Below are positions 26,531 to 43,277 of a stretch of 64,000 bases of DNA, piece by piece (within the stretch, counting starts at the first letter, position 1; each line of letters opens with the position of its first letter). The notes beneath the pieces are model-generated. The model searched no databases and was not told where the DNA came from. It saw only the letters and a list, made by a program, of their open reading frames with translations. Position numbers and translations under genes: made by a program. The DNA is from the human T2T-CHM13v2.0 reference genome, Homo sapiens, in NCBI RefSeq assembly GCF_009914755.1, contig NC_060933.1; one strand, written 5' to 3'.

Positions 26531-27645
26531 AAAAAGGAAATAAAATGCTATTGATCCAGTGGAGGGAAGAAAAGAGATAAGATGAAACAAATGAACGAAA
26601 AGCACGGTAAATAAAATGCAAAAACAAAAAAACATAAAGCAAAAGGGTGGAATAAAAAAACAACTCTTTCAAACCACTGAAACATGAATGGAAGCGAAGG
26701 CTTATGCTAAAACGCCACTGTGATCCCCACCCTGTAATTTCCGCCCTGTTCAACCTTATCATTTGGCTGAAGAGACCTAACATTAAAGGATGGGAAAAAC
26801 ATTAAATAATCCAAACATAAAGCACATGGAGCCCCACTGGCCACTCAAAACTCATAATAATGTCTGGATGTTTGTTCCACCAGGTCTGCTTACACCAAGT
26901 CTCCTTTGGGGGCTTACTGGATACCTGGGCTTATCTAGCTATTAAGAAAAACGGCAATGTTAAAAGGAATGCTCTGTGCCTAAAAGAATGGAGAGGAGGA
27001 AGAAGAGAAAGGAAAAGAAAAATCCACAACATTCACCTTAAGTTACTCTTTGAGCCAGTTCCTGGAATGTCAGTTCTTCCCCATAGACCTTACTATGAGG
27101 TAAGGTCTCAAATGTTCAGTGTGGCTTCCAAGGCTTTTCAGACCTGGCTCAGTTGCATCTCAACCTCTGCCTCCACACCATTGCCCGTGCTGGTGGCCTG
27201 CCCAGATGTCTTTATCTCCCCATCTGTACTTCCCACCAAACCCTTTCCAAGTGAAGCATTCTCTAAAAGTTGCTTGAGGTTCCTGACAAAATCCCTGTAT
27301 AAGGAATGCACCACATGGCCGTTTTTAAGTTTGGTTGTACTCTGCAAAAATTTGTGTAATGAGACAAAGAAAATTGTATTCATCAGAAGGCACATGGGGA
27401 AAATGGGTTGGCCTGATAAGGCTGCTTCTGGAGAGAAATGAAGCCAGGATAAGGACTGGACTCTTTTCCTAGAGTATCTTGCCTTGAACAGGCCTCCTGC
27501 TAACCTGTCTTATCCACTGGAAAACATAGCTACAGCGCTTGCAGTTTAATATCTTTAAGAGGTGCACATACATATTTGAGGGCTTAAAAGAGATAATTGT
27601 TTCCAAAATACAAAGAGATAAACATGACAATTACCAAATGTTTAA

Positions 27646-27976
<331 letters not shown>

Positions 27977-29689
27977 AATATATGGTACTTCTTTCATTGT
28001 TAAATCTAACAAATTTCAATAACATTTTGTTTCAAAATATTTTAAAAATATTTTCTTGTGCATGAAAACAATTAGTAAGTTAAGCTGACTTTCTTTTTAA
28101 GAATTCTTGACTGCATAGCTCCTGAGAAAACAGAGCTAATCATAAATTGAATGACATACTTACAGTCAAATGATTTCAAAGGCCCAATTATAAAGGTGCT
28201 TTTCATCGCTTGCTGCACAGATTATATTTAATGTGAGGTGTGGGTGCACGTTGTTATGTTTGGTATGCTCGTGGGCAGAAGAGGAACTAAGGCCTCAGAA
28301 AATCTTAAAAGACCTGGTCCCATGTACAGCAGGAGGGTGCAAAGAGAGCTGGTATTAATAGGATGTGAAGCGACGTAGGGGGAAATGGCAGAGGGTGTGT
28401 CACAGCTGAGTGGTCCATTTGCTGCTGCTCGCCCTTCATGAATGAAATCTTCAAAAAAGCTACAGACTCTGGAAAATGCTGCTTTCCACTGGATTTCTTG
28501 TAGGGAATAAGGGTTTGAGTCCAGGTGACAGAGCCACTAAGGAGTGCCAGGGCAGGGTGAGGGCCCATAACGAGCTTATGATGCCAAGCATTGGGGTTCA
28601 GGCCAAGTTCTTCCTGCATCTTTGAGGGGCAGGGATGCCCCAAGTGAGAATTGTTACCTGCATTTCATAATATATGCTCTTCTCAAAATGCAGGTCCTAT
28701 CACAGTTGTCTGGAGCTGAGGGTGAGTTGAACATAGAAGTGATCAGGAGTCTTTCTAAGGGCTCCCATTCAGAGGATCCCATTAACTCAGAGAAAAACGG
28801 GAAGAGATAATAAACAGCCATCACAGAAGACACTGATCTAACAAGGTCTCCCAGCATTTCCACAGCAGCCCCCTGTCTGCCATGTAGGGGGTTGAGAAGG
28901 TGGGCTGTTTGCTTTCACTTATAATGGGTCTATGCTAAAAACAAAACAAAAAACTCAGGCGGGAGTAAGAAGCCATGGCAAGTGGACATTTCTCCCTGTG
29001 CAAAACTGATGAGTGGGAGGCAGTAAGAAGAGAGCAAACTGAAGTGCATTATTTTTCATTTATTTTTACTTTAAATAAAAAGCATAAAGAATTTGAAAAT
29101 ATTTTGTTAGCCTTCAACCTTCGAGTCACTTTAACCTATCCACATTAAAGGGCCACCATAAAGGCTTCATGAATAGCAGTCCCAGGATAATTCCCTTCTG
29201 TTTGCTTGTTCCTGTGCATTTCATGTCTGCCCACCTCCTGAGCCTTGCACCTGCCCTGTGGGTTTGGTGCTTGCACAAATCAACCCCCCGACCCCCGGCC
29301 TCCTCTACCCTGCCCTGAGAACTCAGCGTTCCATGCATCCTCAGGCTTTTTCTGCAGGCTGTCAAACCCAGGCATGAGCTCACCAGGGTACCAGCTAGTA
29401 AACTACATCCACACAGTCAGGTTGAGGTATCCACTTTAGAAGGGGACTCTGGGACATAGAGTACAGTGACCATTATACCTCAGTTAATGGAAACTTGACT
29501 CCCAGCCTTTAACCCTGACAACACATGAACCACCCCGGAAAATTGGCCTTGCCAGTATTTTTAAACAGACCACGGATCCAAGTTCGAGACAAGTGTTTTG
29601 CGTGGCCAGATGGACAGTTTCAGCTGGATGTCTCAAGGGCATCCAGTCCATATATTGATAATATATCAATAACAACAAGGATCATAGCA

Positions 29690-29960
29690 AATACTTCTAT
29701 ATATCACTTATTCTACAATATTAACTCATTTAATCCTCGAAACAACCCATGAGGTAAGTACTGTTATTATTCCTATCTTAACAGATAAAGAAGCTGAGAA
29801 AGGTTAAGTAACTTACCCAACAACAACCTGGCAAGGTAGGGACTGTGGAGCTCATTTTACACAGGAAGGAAATGGGTTCACTGAGGTTAGGTGACTTGCT
29901 TGCAGAACCAGAACTGAAACCCACCTCTGCTGGCTCTAAAGCCTATTTCCTTTCTAGGAC
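29690..29960 (-). mobile_element. MIR fragments
   Basis: ctcatttaatcctcgaaacaacccatgaggtaagtactgttattattcc. Confidence 0.7.
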
Positions 29961-30487
29961 TCAAGGCCTCTCCAACACCACTATTTCTGTTAAGAGCTAC
30001 ATCTGTCTCCCAATCACAAAGCCCCAAATGTCAGCATTGCCTTGGGCAAATCTCACTGATTCTGTCTCTGGAATGTCTCCAATATTAGCCCCTTTCTTTG
30101 CACTCCAATGGCTCCTGCTTTACATTTCACTTTCATATCGACTTTTGTGTGGACCATCTCAAACTGATTTTACATCCTACATTCTCTTCCCTCTCTACCC
30201 TCATGGAAAATTACTCTTCTTTAAAACACAGCTCTACAAAATGTCAACAGCAGAATTACCATGATATCAATTTTTCCCCCTTGTTCTCTTCTGTGTTTAT
30301 TGAGTTAAAGGCATTGAGATTATATTCCTTTTGTAATAGGAAAAAAATGGCAGAAACAAAACACTATCTAATGATGTTAAGTCCTGTATGTATAAAACTC
30401 ACCAACACTATTGCTAACCACATAAGTGCAAACTCACTGAGCTGAACTATTCAAGACTTTTTACAAAGAGAGTCAAAAATCTATAAT

Positions 30488-30840
30488 TTGTTCAATCAAT
30501 ATTTCTTGAGCACTTGGTACACTAGGCTGGGTTTTCTGTAATGAATGAAAGATATAACTCTTCTCTTAGTGGAGCTTACAGTCTGTTGGGGGAGAAGCCA
30601 TTAAACACACATACATGATGTACAATTACAAATTGTGCTGTGTGCCAAGAATGAAAAGAGCAAGTGCCACAAGACAGGACAACGGGCAAGAGCTAGTTTC
30701 GATGGTGGACCAGGAATGGCTCTTTGATGAAGATACTTGTGCACAGAGACTAGAAGGATTCAGGGTGGCAGTATTAGAAGCAAGTCAAAGAGTATGAAGA
30801 ACTTCCAACGCAGGAGGACCGGTAAGTGAGAAGACCTGTG
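30488..30840 (-). mobile_element. L2 3' portion
   Basis: ttcaatcaatatttcttgagcact...tggagcttacagtct. Confidence 0.6.
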
Positions 30841-31393
30841 TGTAAACCTGTAAGCCAATACCTATCTAAAGTTTCATTTGATGAAATGTATTAAGACTTT
30901 TAAGAAGAAGATCTGGAACAAGAAATCCAAACAATTAATAGGATAGAAAATTGATCACTTCTGCCTCTGGCTCAAATTTGAAGCACCCTTCAAAGCATTA
31001 TGGAGGCAATGAATAGAATAACTTCCTGTGTCTTGAGTAATCACATCCCAAATGAACAGACGCATAAGTGGATCAAGCCTAACTAAAGCTAGTCCTGTGG
31101 CATCCAAGTGTCAGGGTTTCATATTCGATTAAAACTTTCACCTGGCATTCAAGGGCCCGCATTCTGATTACAATCTAATTTTCCAGCTTTATGTTAGTTA
31201 GCTCTGGCCTTCTAGAGATGAGAAGCAGAAATCCACCCAGGCTAGTGTGACTGTGGGGAGAAGTGGTGCTTTAAGAATTTAATGGGAATAAAGAAAATAT
31301 GAGGTTCATATGAATCTAAACAGGAGTTAAAACAGGACTTGGCCATGTATAAAGTGGAAAGACTCAAGGCAGCTTAAGAATGCTTAGTGTTGG

Positions 31394-31720
31394 GGCTGGG
31401 CGTGGTGGCTCACGCTTGTAATGCCAGCACTTTGGGAGGCTGAGGCAGATGGATCACTTGAGGCCAGGGGTTCAAGACCAGCCTGGCCAACATGGTGAAA
31501 CCTCACCTCTACTAAAAATACAAAAATTAGCTGGGTGTGGTGTCACATGTCTGTAATTCCAGCTACTCAGGAGGCTGAGGAACGAGAATCACTTGAACCT
31601 GGGAGGTGAAGGTTGCAGTGAGCCAAGGTCTCACCATTGCACTCCAGCCTGGGCAACACAGTAAGATTCTGTCTCAAAAATAAATAAATAAATAAATAAA
31701 TAAATAAAATAAATAAATAA
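31394..31720 (+). mobile_element. AluSx/Sz with (TAAA)n tail
   Basis: Full dimer; TSD aat(g/t)cttag(t/c)gttgg. Confidence 0.93.
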
Positions 31721-31727
31721 TTCTTAG

Positions 31728-32250
31728 CGTTGGGAGGCAATTCTCCATAACGTTTCTATAAGTCATGCCAGACTATATTTTCTGGGATATTTGCATAGCA
31801 AACAGCCTAGGAAACTAAAGATAGTGTTCCCCTGCAGATCAGAAGGCACATGTGTTTCCTGACTAGCATAGTAAAGACAGAGAACATCCCCTGCCCAGAG
31901 ATCTGTTTACATTCCAGGGTAATAAGCTTTATTACCCTGGAATCAGCCGTCTCTGGAGGGGAGGATAGGCATGTCTCCTTATAAAATTGGGGTTTTCTAA
32001 AGCTCAGTGTTGCTCAGCTGTGAAACAGACCCCTATGTGCACAGTATCCACCTAGGCCCACATCCCCATCACCTCCATGAGACCTGGGGGGCCAGGGAGA
32101 ACTGATGATGCAGACATAATGCTCATGCTGCCTGATGTACCACGAGTAATAAACTAGATAGGTACATTTGGGTTCATTATTTCCTTTCCAGCTGATCTAG
32201 TAGCTTTCTATTCTAAGCTGCTCCTTAGGGGCTGCTTGGCCACCTGACCC
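31728..32250 (+). mobile_element. ERVL-type solo LTR (LTR47-like)
   Basis: Starts gttgggaggcaattctccat; gcaaacagcctaggaaactaaagatagtgttccc; TATA-like ttataaaa; gtaataaac. Confidence 0.55.
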
Positions 32251-32953
32251 TTAGAAGCAAGAGTTCGAAGATTTTTCACTTTTGCGTATGCCATTAAAAT
32301 GACTCAACTATTTCCATAGATTCTTCATGTACATCTTTCTCACCCTGATGCTATGGTCTCTTCTCTGCTTATTGATTCTGCTATGCTATCATCATGGCTT
32401 CTGCCTTCTCTTAACTTGGTCTTGCTCATGGTCTTTTGTGTGCATCCTTGTAGATTTCACTTCTGACTGTCTGATAATCTTTACTTCCAAAACCAAACTT
32501 CTGAGAGAAATAACCTATTGGGACAATGTGTCCCTGAATGGACAGGGATTTTCAAGGCAGGCCAGTCCCTAGGTCTGCCAGTATGCAGACTGGCTCCCCT
32601 TGAGTCAGGTGACCATCATGATGATTATTTATCTGCTGTTTCAGCCGCAAACCTGCCCTACTACATTTCTCTGTGTTTCCCCTGCAGCTGGAAGTCTGCA
32701 AACAACTAGCTGTTTCCTATTATGTTGTATCCATGGGAGGCAGAGGAGGGACAGCATCAGGCAGAATACAGAGAGACTTTTCTTGCATTTAGCTCTAACT
32801 TGTGAAAACTGCTGTAGTAGCAGCAAGGGTAACGGTAACTCAGAACTCCAACCATATCACCCAACTCAGCACAACATTCACCCCAGTGGATATCAAGGTA
32901 CACTGCAAACATAATGTTTTACACAGAGATCCAAGATTGGTATCACATCTCTC

Positions 32954-33260
32954 TTTTTATATTTATTTATTTATTTTTGAGATGGTGTCTCGCTCTGTTG
33001 CCCAGGCTGGAGTGCAGTGGTGCAATCTTGGCTTACTGCAGCCTCTGCCTCCCAGGTTCAAACAATTCTCCTGCCTCAGCCTCCTGAGTAGCTGGGATTA
33101 CAGGCAAGCGCCACCACACTCGGCTAACTTTTGTATTTTTAGTAGAGACAGGGTTTCACCACATTGGCCAGGCTGGTCTCGAACTCCTGACCTTACGTGG
33201 TCTACCCATCTCCGCCTGCCAAAGTGCTGGGATTACAGGTGTGAGCCACTGCGCCCTGCC
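32954..33260 (-). mobile_element. AluSx-like
   Basis: Full dimer; TSD tggt(a/g)tcacatctct. Confidence 0.93.
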
Positions 33261-34774
33261 TGGTGTCACATCTCTAAAGGGGTCATGGCATACCCATCGA
33301 GTAGCACTGACAACCAAACAGGATGCCCCTTTGCTTATCTAGAACACTATGGAATGTGGTCAGCACAGAAAGGAGAAAGTGCAGCTTACATAACGTACAC
33401 ATTTCAAGGCTGCCTGTATTCACTTATGTTGTGCCAGGGCTGACAAATTGACTGGCATAGAGCTATACCATTACATGCCAGGGGCTCAGAATTGTTCCTA
33501 CTTATTCTGGAAGGACTGGTAACTTACACAGACTAAAAGAGTGAGACATGATGTTTCAAGTGATAATATCTAGCGGGGATTTTAGATAATCATGGCTCCC
33601 ACGGTAGTTTTAGAAAATGTGGATACTGCCGCCTGGTCTTCTTCCTAGCCATTTTGAGTTTGCTTTCCAGCTTTTCGCTGGTGCTTCATACTCACTTTTT
33701 GCACTGGCATAGCCTTTTGTCAACCGTATTTCCATTTACTTCTCCTAGTCCGTCTTTCTCTTTCACTTGTGGTTTTCTTCCCTTGTCATTTAAGCATTCT
33801 CAACTACACATAGAAATCCAACAGAAGCCTTTTGTGTGGGGGATTCCCTCAGTCCCAGGCAGTCCTGAAAGCAGCAGGTGTCTCTGCAAAGGCTTCTGTC
33901 AGACCTTAGACTTATACCCAGCAGCTGCTAATCCTGAGCTCTCACTCTTAAAAAGCAGTAAAATAGACTTCAGTCAAAAACAAGTATGGTGGGAGTTAAC
34001 TCCCTCATCTTGAGCTCAAGCCACACTTGCCTTGAAATTTTCCAAAAATTCACTAAGCTAATTTCTCTCACTATGGAAAGAGAGAAAGGCTATGTTGCTG
34101 GTATACAATGCTGCCTGTGATGGAGGTGGTGAGGCATAAATTTCCCTAATCGGAAGATAAAGGCTAACCACGTATGTGGGTGATGGGGGTTGGAGGTAGC
34201 TTCCAGGGCACTGGAGCTACAAGTAGAAGCACAAATTTTCCTGGCTGAAAACAGGCCCCTAGAGGGAAACATCACACCAGATAAGGAAATAATCTTTTTT
34301 TTTTTTTTTTTTTTTTTTTTTGGTCCAACAGGGCACTAAGGCTCATTATCATATGCCAAGTAATGTCCACCTATACAAGAATACACAAACTAACTTCTTA
34401 TGTTATTAACACAAATGTATCTCTAAAACAGTCACATAAGCTAAAAAACAAAACAACTATTAAACTTGACTTTATATTGTTTATGGATTCATTCACATAT
34501 ATAGTAAATATTCTTTAAGGTGGTGAAACAAGATATTAGGACAGCTACTTAAAGTTCAAAAGAGCCAATGTGCCTCTTTTGCCCACTGTTTTGAAATGGT
34601 GATGCAGCCAAATTTCAATCCATCAACACACTTCCCCTCTGCATTGCACACACAAAGCATCACCTGGCTGGGCCTCTTGTTCGAGCTCTCTGTAAAAACA
34701 TAGAATTCCATAGCATTACTTTAACAGCATATGGTCCAATCCCCCTACTACAGATGGGTGAACTAAGGCTCATG

Positions 34775-35230
34775 CCTTCAGTGAGCCAACAGGTATAGAG
34801 GACCTACCACGTATCAGGCGAAGTTCTAGACCCTGGGGAGAAAAAGATGAATGAGACACAGTTCCTGTCCTAAAGGTGCTCATGGTTTAGTGAGAGAGAT
34901 TAGACACAGACACACACACTCACACCCCTGCAATAAAATATTAAAAGTATTATTATGTGTGTTTGTGGAATTATGAGATTCCTTGCAGATTAAGAAGCAA
35001 CTAATAGTGTTTGAGAGAGGGACTCAAGAAGAGTTTCCCACAGGAGATGAGATTTGAATGTGGGCCATTTAAAGATGAATAGGAATTTGTCTGGTAGGAG
35101 ACAAGAAAGGGCATTTGAAGCAGTGGAAACAGCATGTGCAAAGACATGTAGTGTGAAAGCACCTGTTCTCTTGGGGAGGAAGCTAGGGTGGCTCAGGAGC
35201 TGGGAGTAAGGAGTGGGAGAGGAGGTCCAG
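34775..35230 (-). mobile_element. L2 3' portion
   Basis: gatgaatgagacacagttcctgtcc...gggcatttgaagcagtggaaacagcatgtgcaaagac. Confidence 0.7.
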
Positions 35231-36158
35231 ATGGGTTCCTTGACTTGCCGTAAGGTCCTACAGCAAAACAACTCCAAAGCCCACCTAATTAGGTTTCTTG
35301 ACTCTCACTCCAGTGCTCTTTACACTGGACCTTGATGCTTTTAGCACCAATAAAATGTAGCCACGTGAAACTAGAATCATTTTTAACATAATAAATACCA
35401 TCGATGCTGTAGGCACAATGGGTAGCTTAAAAGAGGGTCTGAGGAAAGCCCAGAAAAGCAAATTCGAAGGAGAAATGTAACAACAATGACACCTACCAGA
35501 ATAAAAAGAGTATTTATCAAAGCCCTAGATAGCACATCATACAGCCTTTTTTTTTTTAATTCAGAAAATAAAGGATACCAGGACAGAGGAAGATGATAAT
35601 AATAGTGATAATAATTGCAACAAACGGTCCTAGTGTCTCATACTTTAAAAAAATCCTCCTTTGTATATATTGTTTCTTCGGAACGATGAGATAATTATGT
35701 AGTTTGGTTAAAATTAATATGCAATCCATAACTAAAAAGAAGAAGACATATTATTTACAACTGTTCATTTGAAGCTATCACTGTTGTCAAAATATAAATC
35801 AGATGCCTTCATGATGAGGAATTTGGCACAAGTTCCACATAAGCCAGAAGGTTAGAAAAAGAGAAAAAGGAAGTGTATTCATGCTATTCACTAAGAAAAA
35901 AAAGTTTTCTCCACAGATGATGGGAGGCTTTGAAGTTGTGCAAGAGAGCACAGCCACCGACAAGGAGAAATGAGTGTGCAGTGTACTGTTACAGCATTTT
36001 GGGGCCCATGTTGAATTTGCCATAATAAGTCTATTTTCTGTCCAAAAAATGGTCAAACTTTTTATTTTCAGAGATTAAAAAAAGACATATATCTGTATCA
36101 ACCATTCTTTTTCCATATTCTAAATTAGAAAGATAATTCCTTAAAAATCAATATAGGT

Positions 36159-36492
<334 letters not shown>

Positions 36493-37409
36493 TTATTTGA
36501 TATCACTACTTTTATAGGCATATCTCTTTTAAAGTCTTGTCTGAGATACCTAAATGGAAAGTAGTTTACTCACTTCGCTGCTCAAATTGAGAATCCTTGT
36601 AGTGAAGAAGAAAGAATTTTGCAAATGAGATTTGAGAGTAGAGAGGGATGTCCATGACATCTTAAGAGCAAATTGCAGGGTATTTGCACATTGCTGTTTG
36701 TGCCTGTTTGTATGAGGAAGGAGAAAGTTGTGGAAAAATATGAGCCAGTTTGTGGATGCTGGTTCCCACTGTGGGGTAAAAATGAAGGGGGATTACGGAA
36801 GAGATTAACTTTTTTCTTCATATATCTGCATAAGGTTCACACTCATTATAATGATCATAAAATGTCACACTTTTCCTTTAATTGAATAGAAAAGATTAAA
36901 TAGAAAAAACTTGACAAGAAAAATAAACCCTAAGAATAAAGATTTTTTAAAACACTAAAGAATGGATTTACCAAGCATTCCCTGAGCAAAATGTATTCCA
37001 CAGCAAAGAAATAGGCCCAGGTATCAAACAGGTAGTCTGCCAGCGAAATGCTGCCCAAGTGACTCTCAAGGTGAGGTCTACCTAAAGGTATTCAGAAATG
37101 AAATTCATCTAGCATCTAGCACCATAAATTAGCAGACCAATAGGATTTAACCATTTACCAAAACTGCATCTGGGAACTGATAGCTGCCAGGCATCATGCT
37201 AGCAGGTTTACAGCAATTACTAATTGCATCTGGAGCAGAAGGTAATTAACTCCAGTTTTAGAGCTATTTGGGTTTAATGTACTAACTTTCTGTCATGAAG
37301 CTGACAGATAAAAAGAAACTAAGTATGAAGCATGCTTTCAGGGATACGTCTCCAATATTTGGGAGTCTGTGTGGGTACTGCAGGGGAAAGGGCAACGCTT
37401 TGGAACAAA

Positions 37410-37625
37410 GCAATCCTGCATTTAAATTCTGGTTCAGCTATTATTTGCTGTGTGGCCTGGACATATCCCTTAACTTCTATGAACGTCTGATTTCTAGGGT
37501 GTAAAATGGGGATAAGTATTCCTATCTTACAGGCTGTAGAAGGAAATGAGTAAGATCATATACTAAGCTACTTAGCAGCCACACTTGGCAAGCAATAGAC
37601 ACATAATAAAGGAAGCTATTATTAC
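37410..37625 (+). mobile_element. MIR
   Basis: cctgcatttaaattctggttcagcta...gtaaaatggggataagtattcctatcttacagg. Confidence 0.7.
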
Positions 37626-37755
37626 TAAATTATTCCAGTACACCTTGATCAAGAGTGGGCTCACTCTGCTCAATGTATGTAAGAACATACATTTGGGATT
37701 TTTTGTTTTGTTTGGTTTTTTGAGACAGAATCTTGCTCTGTCACCCAGGCTGGAG

Positions 37756-39126
<1,371 letters not shown>

Positions 39127-39454
39127 CTGGAGTGCAGTGGCGCGATCTTGGCTCACTGCAACCTCCGCCCTCTGGGTTTAAGTGATTCTTCTGCCTCAGC
39201 CTCCTGAGTAGCTGGGACTACAGGCACGCACCACCAAACCTGGCTAATTTTTGCATTTTTAATAGAGACGGGGTTTCACCATTTTGGCCAGGCTGGTCTC
39301 GAACTCCTGATCTTGTGATCTACCCACCTTGGCCTCCCTAAGTGCTGGGATTACAGGCGTGAGCCACCATGCCCTGCCAAGAACATACATTTGTAACAGT
39401 GCCACCCCTCCCCCTATTCCACATAAGAGTTGTGGTCATGTGACAAATTTTGGA

Positions 39455-39580
39455 TCCTGAAGATCTTGTTAAAATGCAAATTATGATTCAACAGGTCTGG
39501 TTCAGGTGATGCATGTGTAGTGAACTGCTGGTGATGCTGATGCTGCTAGTCTGTGGGCCACAATCAGAGTGGCAAGGTTC
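39455..39580. mobile_element. MER5 fragment
   Basis: gatcttgttaaaatgcaaattatgattcaacaggtctgg...ggtgatgctgatgctgctagtc. Confidence 0.7.
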
Positions 39581-39613
39581 TTGGGAAAAACTGCTATATA
39601 TTAAAATAAAATG

Positions 39614-39945
39614 GGCCAGGCAAGGTGGCTCACAGTGTAATTCCAGCACTTTAGGAGGCTGAGGTGGGAGGATCACTTGAGCCCAGGAGTTCAAGACCAG
39701 CCTGGGCAACCTGGTGAGACCTTGTCTCTACAAGTGATTTTTAAAAATCAGCTGGGCACAGTGGCATACACCTACAGTCTCAGCTATTCAGCAGGCTGAG
39801 GCAGAAGGATCACTTGAGCCCTGGAAGTCAAGGCTGCAGTAAGCCATGATTGTACCACCACACTCCAGCCTGGTGACAGAGTGAGACCCTGTCTCCAAAA
39901 TAAATAAATAAATAGATAAATAAATAAATAAATTAATTAATTAAA
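39614..39945 (+). mobile_element. AluJ with (TAAA)n tail
   Basis: Full dimer; gaggatcacttgagccc in both arms. Confidence 0.92.
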
Positions 39946-40014
39946 TGAATGGAGCTGAGGGAGTCAGGAGGGACCGTGAGGCAGGTTTAGCTACTCCATC
40001 CCTGTTCCTGCATG

Positions 40015-40230
40015 CCTGAGGGACATTTCCACCATAGCTCGTGCCACACTGTATTAGTTTTCCCATGCCTGTTCCACTAGGCTGGGAGCTCCTTGAAGAC
40101 AAGGAACCCATCCTGATGGCCCCAAGGGACTGCTGAACTCAATTCAGACACTCAATTCAGGCTATGTGTAAACAAATGAAGAAAGTAATGAATCCATGAA
40201 TGTATGAAATTCATGTAATGAATGAAATTA
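40015..40230 (+). mobile_element. L2 3' end
   Basis: ccactaggctgggagctccttgaagacaagg...aatgaatgaa. Confidence 0.55.
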
Positions 40231-43200
40231 AGGGAAATGACTGTTGGTTAGTGTATTAAAGTCTAAATGGGTTCAAACTTCCTGTTTCCGAATTACTGGA
40301 CTAACTTCATATATTACCAGTATTGAGAGTATTAAGTGCTTTATTGTTTGATATCCAGGCAAGAGAACTATCAGGAAAGATTAATCCTGGACATTCACTT
40401 TAGAAAGATAAAGTTTCAAGAGTTCCCTTTACTGTAACACACAAAAGAAAGACCCAGAACTCCCTTTTCTCAAGGGACATCTCCTATCCTGGAGGAACAG
40501 TAAGTACAGTTCCCAGCATATCACTAGGACAACATCATTTACAAAACAATCATGCTGGCAGCATACTGTTATAATTAGCATAGATTCTCTTCTAAGGCAC
40601 ATAGAAGCGTTATCTCTCTATGCTAATCACTTTAAAGGTTCTGTAAGCAATATCACTAAAAACGAGCAAAAAAACTCTCATTACTTGTATGACAAAATAC
40701 AGCAAGTATTCCAACTGAGTTGTCACATCAGTGTCCATTTTTACAATTAACTCATGCTGTGTTTACATGCTTAATCCTACTGCAGGAACAAGTGGAGATT
40801 AAGTTTGCCAAGCAAACCACTATAGCAAAGTCTGGTTTTATTGCCAGGAGATAGAAACCTGTTAAACTCAGAAGGACCACTGAAAGTGTTAAGTTTCAAT
40901 GGACAGCAATAGGAAGCACTTGCCCAAACGTGATCTATTTACATAGCATGCATTCTTCTGATCAGACTCTCAGGTTCTTCGATTGGTCAGTTCAGGGCCT
41001 GCCTTCCTATGGCTCTTTTGTTGCAAAGTGGGACGTCACATGTAAGGACAGTATAATGTCAACTTCTAAACTTCTCCAGGTACATGTAAAAGTTTAGTTC
41101 TACAGCCTAAATATTAAAAAATATGGATGTGGTTAACCGTGGTTCATCTCAATAGAATAATAGGACTCCAATAAATATGAGGCATTCCATTTAAAATAGG
41201 GAAACTGTAATTAGGTGTGTTTTAAAATTTAGCTCTGGTTTAATCAAGTCAGCCTAAGCAGTCCAACATATTAGTCTTTGTCAGTAAAGGAATCCATCCA
41301 CTCTAAACTCTCCCTGGGCTTCTGAAGAACTTTAAAATTGTTCATTAATTAATGCTTTCAGCACTCCTACAGCCTCATTATGCTGTTGTTATTAAGCATT
41401 TTATTTTCTTGGTCCCAAGGGTTCCCAAAGCAAATACATGTTCCCCAGCAGACATTTATGTTTTCCTCCAGAAGAGTTGGTTTTCCATTCTTGATCTAAA
41501 ACAAATGTTAATTAAAACGATGGTTAATATGGCCCACACTTTTCCCAAACATTTTCAAAGTTGGCAGCATTCCATTCTCCTCTTCCTATATTCCAAGAAA
41601 CTCCAGCAAGTGATTAGTCTTCTTCATAGAGTAAAAATATCTAGACAAAAGCAGTCAAAGAATATTCTGAGTAGCTTCCCAGAAAGATATTCTTAGAAAA
41701 GCTCCCTGTTTGGGGCTCTTATACATCAGAGAGCTTCAATTCCTACAAAGTTTGTGGAGGTTACTTTAAAGGCCAACTACCTTTTGACTCACAAATCACT
41801 TCTGGGAAATTTTCCTAAGGAAAAAGCATGGATTTCCACAAAGCTTGGATGTGAAAGCTTGTGAATGTCTTTATCACAACATTGTTTAATATTTAAATTC
41901 AGAAAAACCTAACTTCCCAAAAATCATGGAGTATCCATACTATAGAATTCTATATAGACATATGAAAAGCTTTAATAAAATATTTAAGGATATTAAAATA
42001 TTTATGATTTAGTATTATACAAATATAAGAAGACAATGAGAATAATTTCTAGAATTATCACAATTTCCTAAAAAATATATATACATATTTGACTGTAAAG
42101 AAATAAACTCAGAACTTACTAATAATTATGTCTAGTTTCAGGTGATTTTAATTTCTTTTCTGTACTTTCCTAAATTTTTGTAGTTTTACATGTTCTAAAT
42201 TAAATATATATTACTTTGTAATTAAAATATAAAATGTTTTACTTATTCCTTTCTCTTAGCAATGTGAATATAGTCTTCCTACATGGGGAATTAATCACTA
42301 GATTAGTAGGAAATTAATGAAATTAACAATGGATGAACAAAAAGTTAACTTACCACATATATTTGGCTTTAACTTCTTGTATGTAAATAAATTCCTCCCA
42401 GTAGATTCTCTACCAACTACCTCCAGTTTCTATTAGCTGATCCTTGTTTAGAAGCAGTCCACTGATTTTTAGTAAATCAAAATGAAACTCCAAGAAAGAC
42501 AAGAAGACGAAATGTGAAAAGGAAGCTGGCCTTGGTGCTATGCACAGTGATGGAATCCATGAATATGAATAGATGGAGCATTCGGATAGCAGGATAATAG
42601 AAGAGGGAAATGCATTCATTTGACAGCTGCCAACTCCCCCTCCCTGCACTGTCACTTCCCGGCTGCCCACCCCCTTCTCCAGGCCTTGATTCCCAGCCCA
42701 CAGAAACGCCGTGGTGCGTGTAGCCTCTATGGTGTTCTCACACTCCAAAAGCGCAGAAAATAAAAGGCCACTATGTTGAAAGCTTGTGCCTCATAGAGTA
42801 ACAACAGTGCTAAAAGTGCTTAAAAATACGTTACTACTTTTCATATCAATCACAGCGTTTTCCAAGCTACTCCCCAACCTACTGTGAGGTACAAGGGTGA
42901 GCATTGTTTAATTGGCTTTGGGAGTCGTATGAGCTGTGCGAGACCTTTAATTAGAGGAGCTGGTGGAATAAGCGTGTGATGTGTGTGTTAGGGAGGGGTG
43001 GGCTGGTTCTGCCATGGTCTTTGTAATCCCTTTGCAAATGCACCTTTGGACAAACTTAAAAGAAAGTAGAGGAAAGTTAGAAGAACTTGCTTCTTACTAA
43101 AAGAAGTTCAAGGTAGCAGTACCCTAGGTTTTGTTCATGTGCCTAATCTCTGAATTCAAATACCACTTAATAATGATGCTTAAACTGTTTATTCTCAATG

Positions 43201-43277
43201 TCAGAATGTTCTCATCTAGGTCAACAGAGAAAACCCTGATTTGTAGTACTGGGGTCTCATCCCAGAGACTGTTGGTG

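Noticed and set aside
26860-27441. 193-aa + strand ORF
   Set aside because: No recognisable domain or family similarity, composition typical of non-coding DNA, no promoter or exon support; probably chance
32802-33443. 213-aa ORF, longest in the track
   Set aside because: Central half is translated antisense Alu; non-ATG start
41941-41954. Perfect 14-bp palindrome TATAGAATTCTATA
   Set aside because: AT-rich and in degraded L1M-like sequence; a few such palindromes are expected in 64 kb
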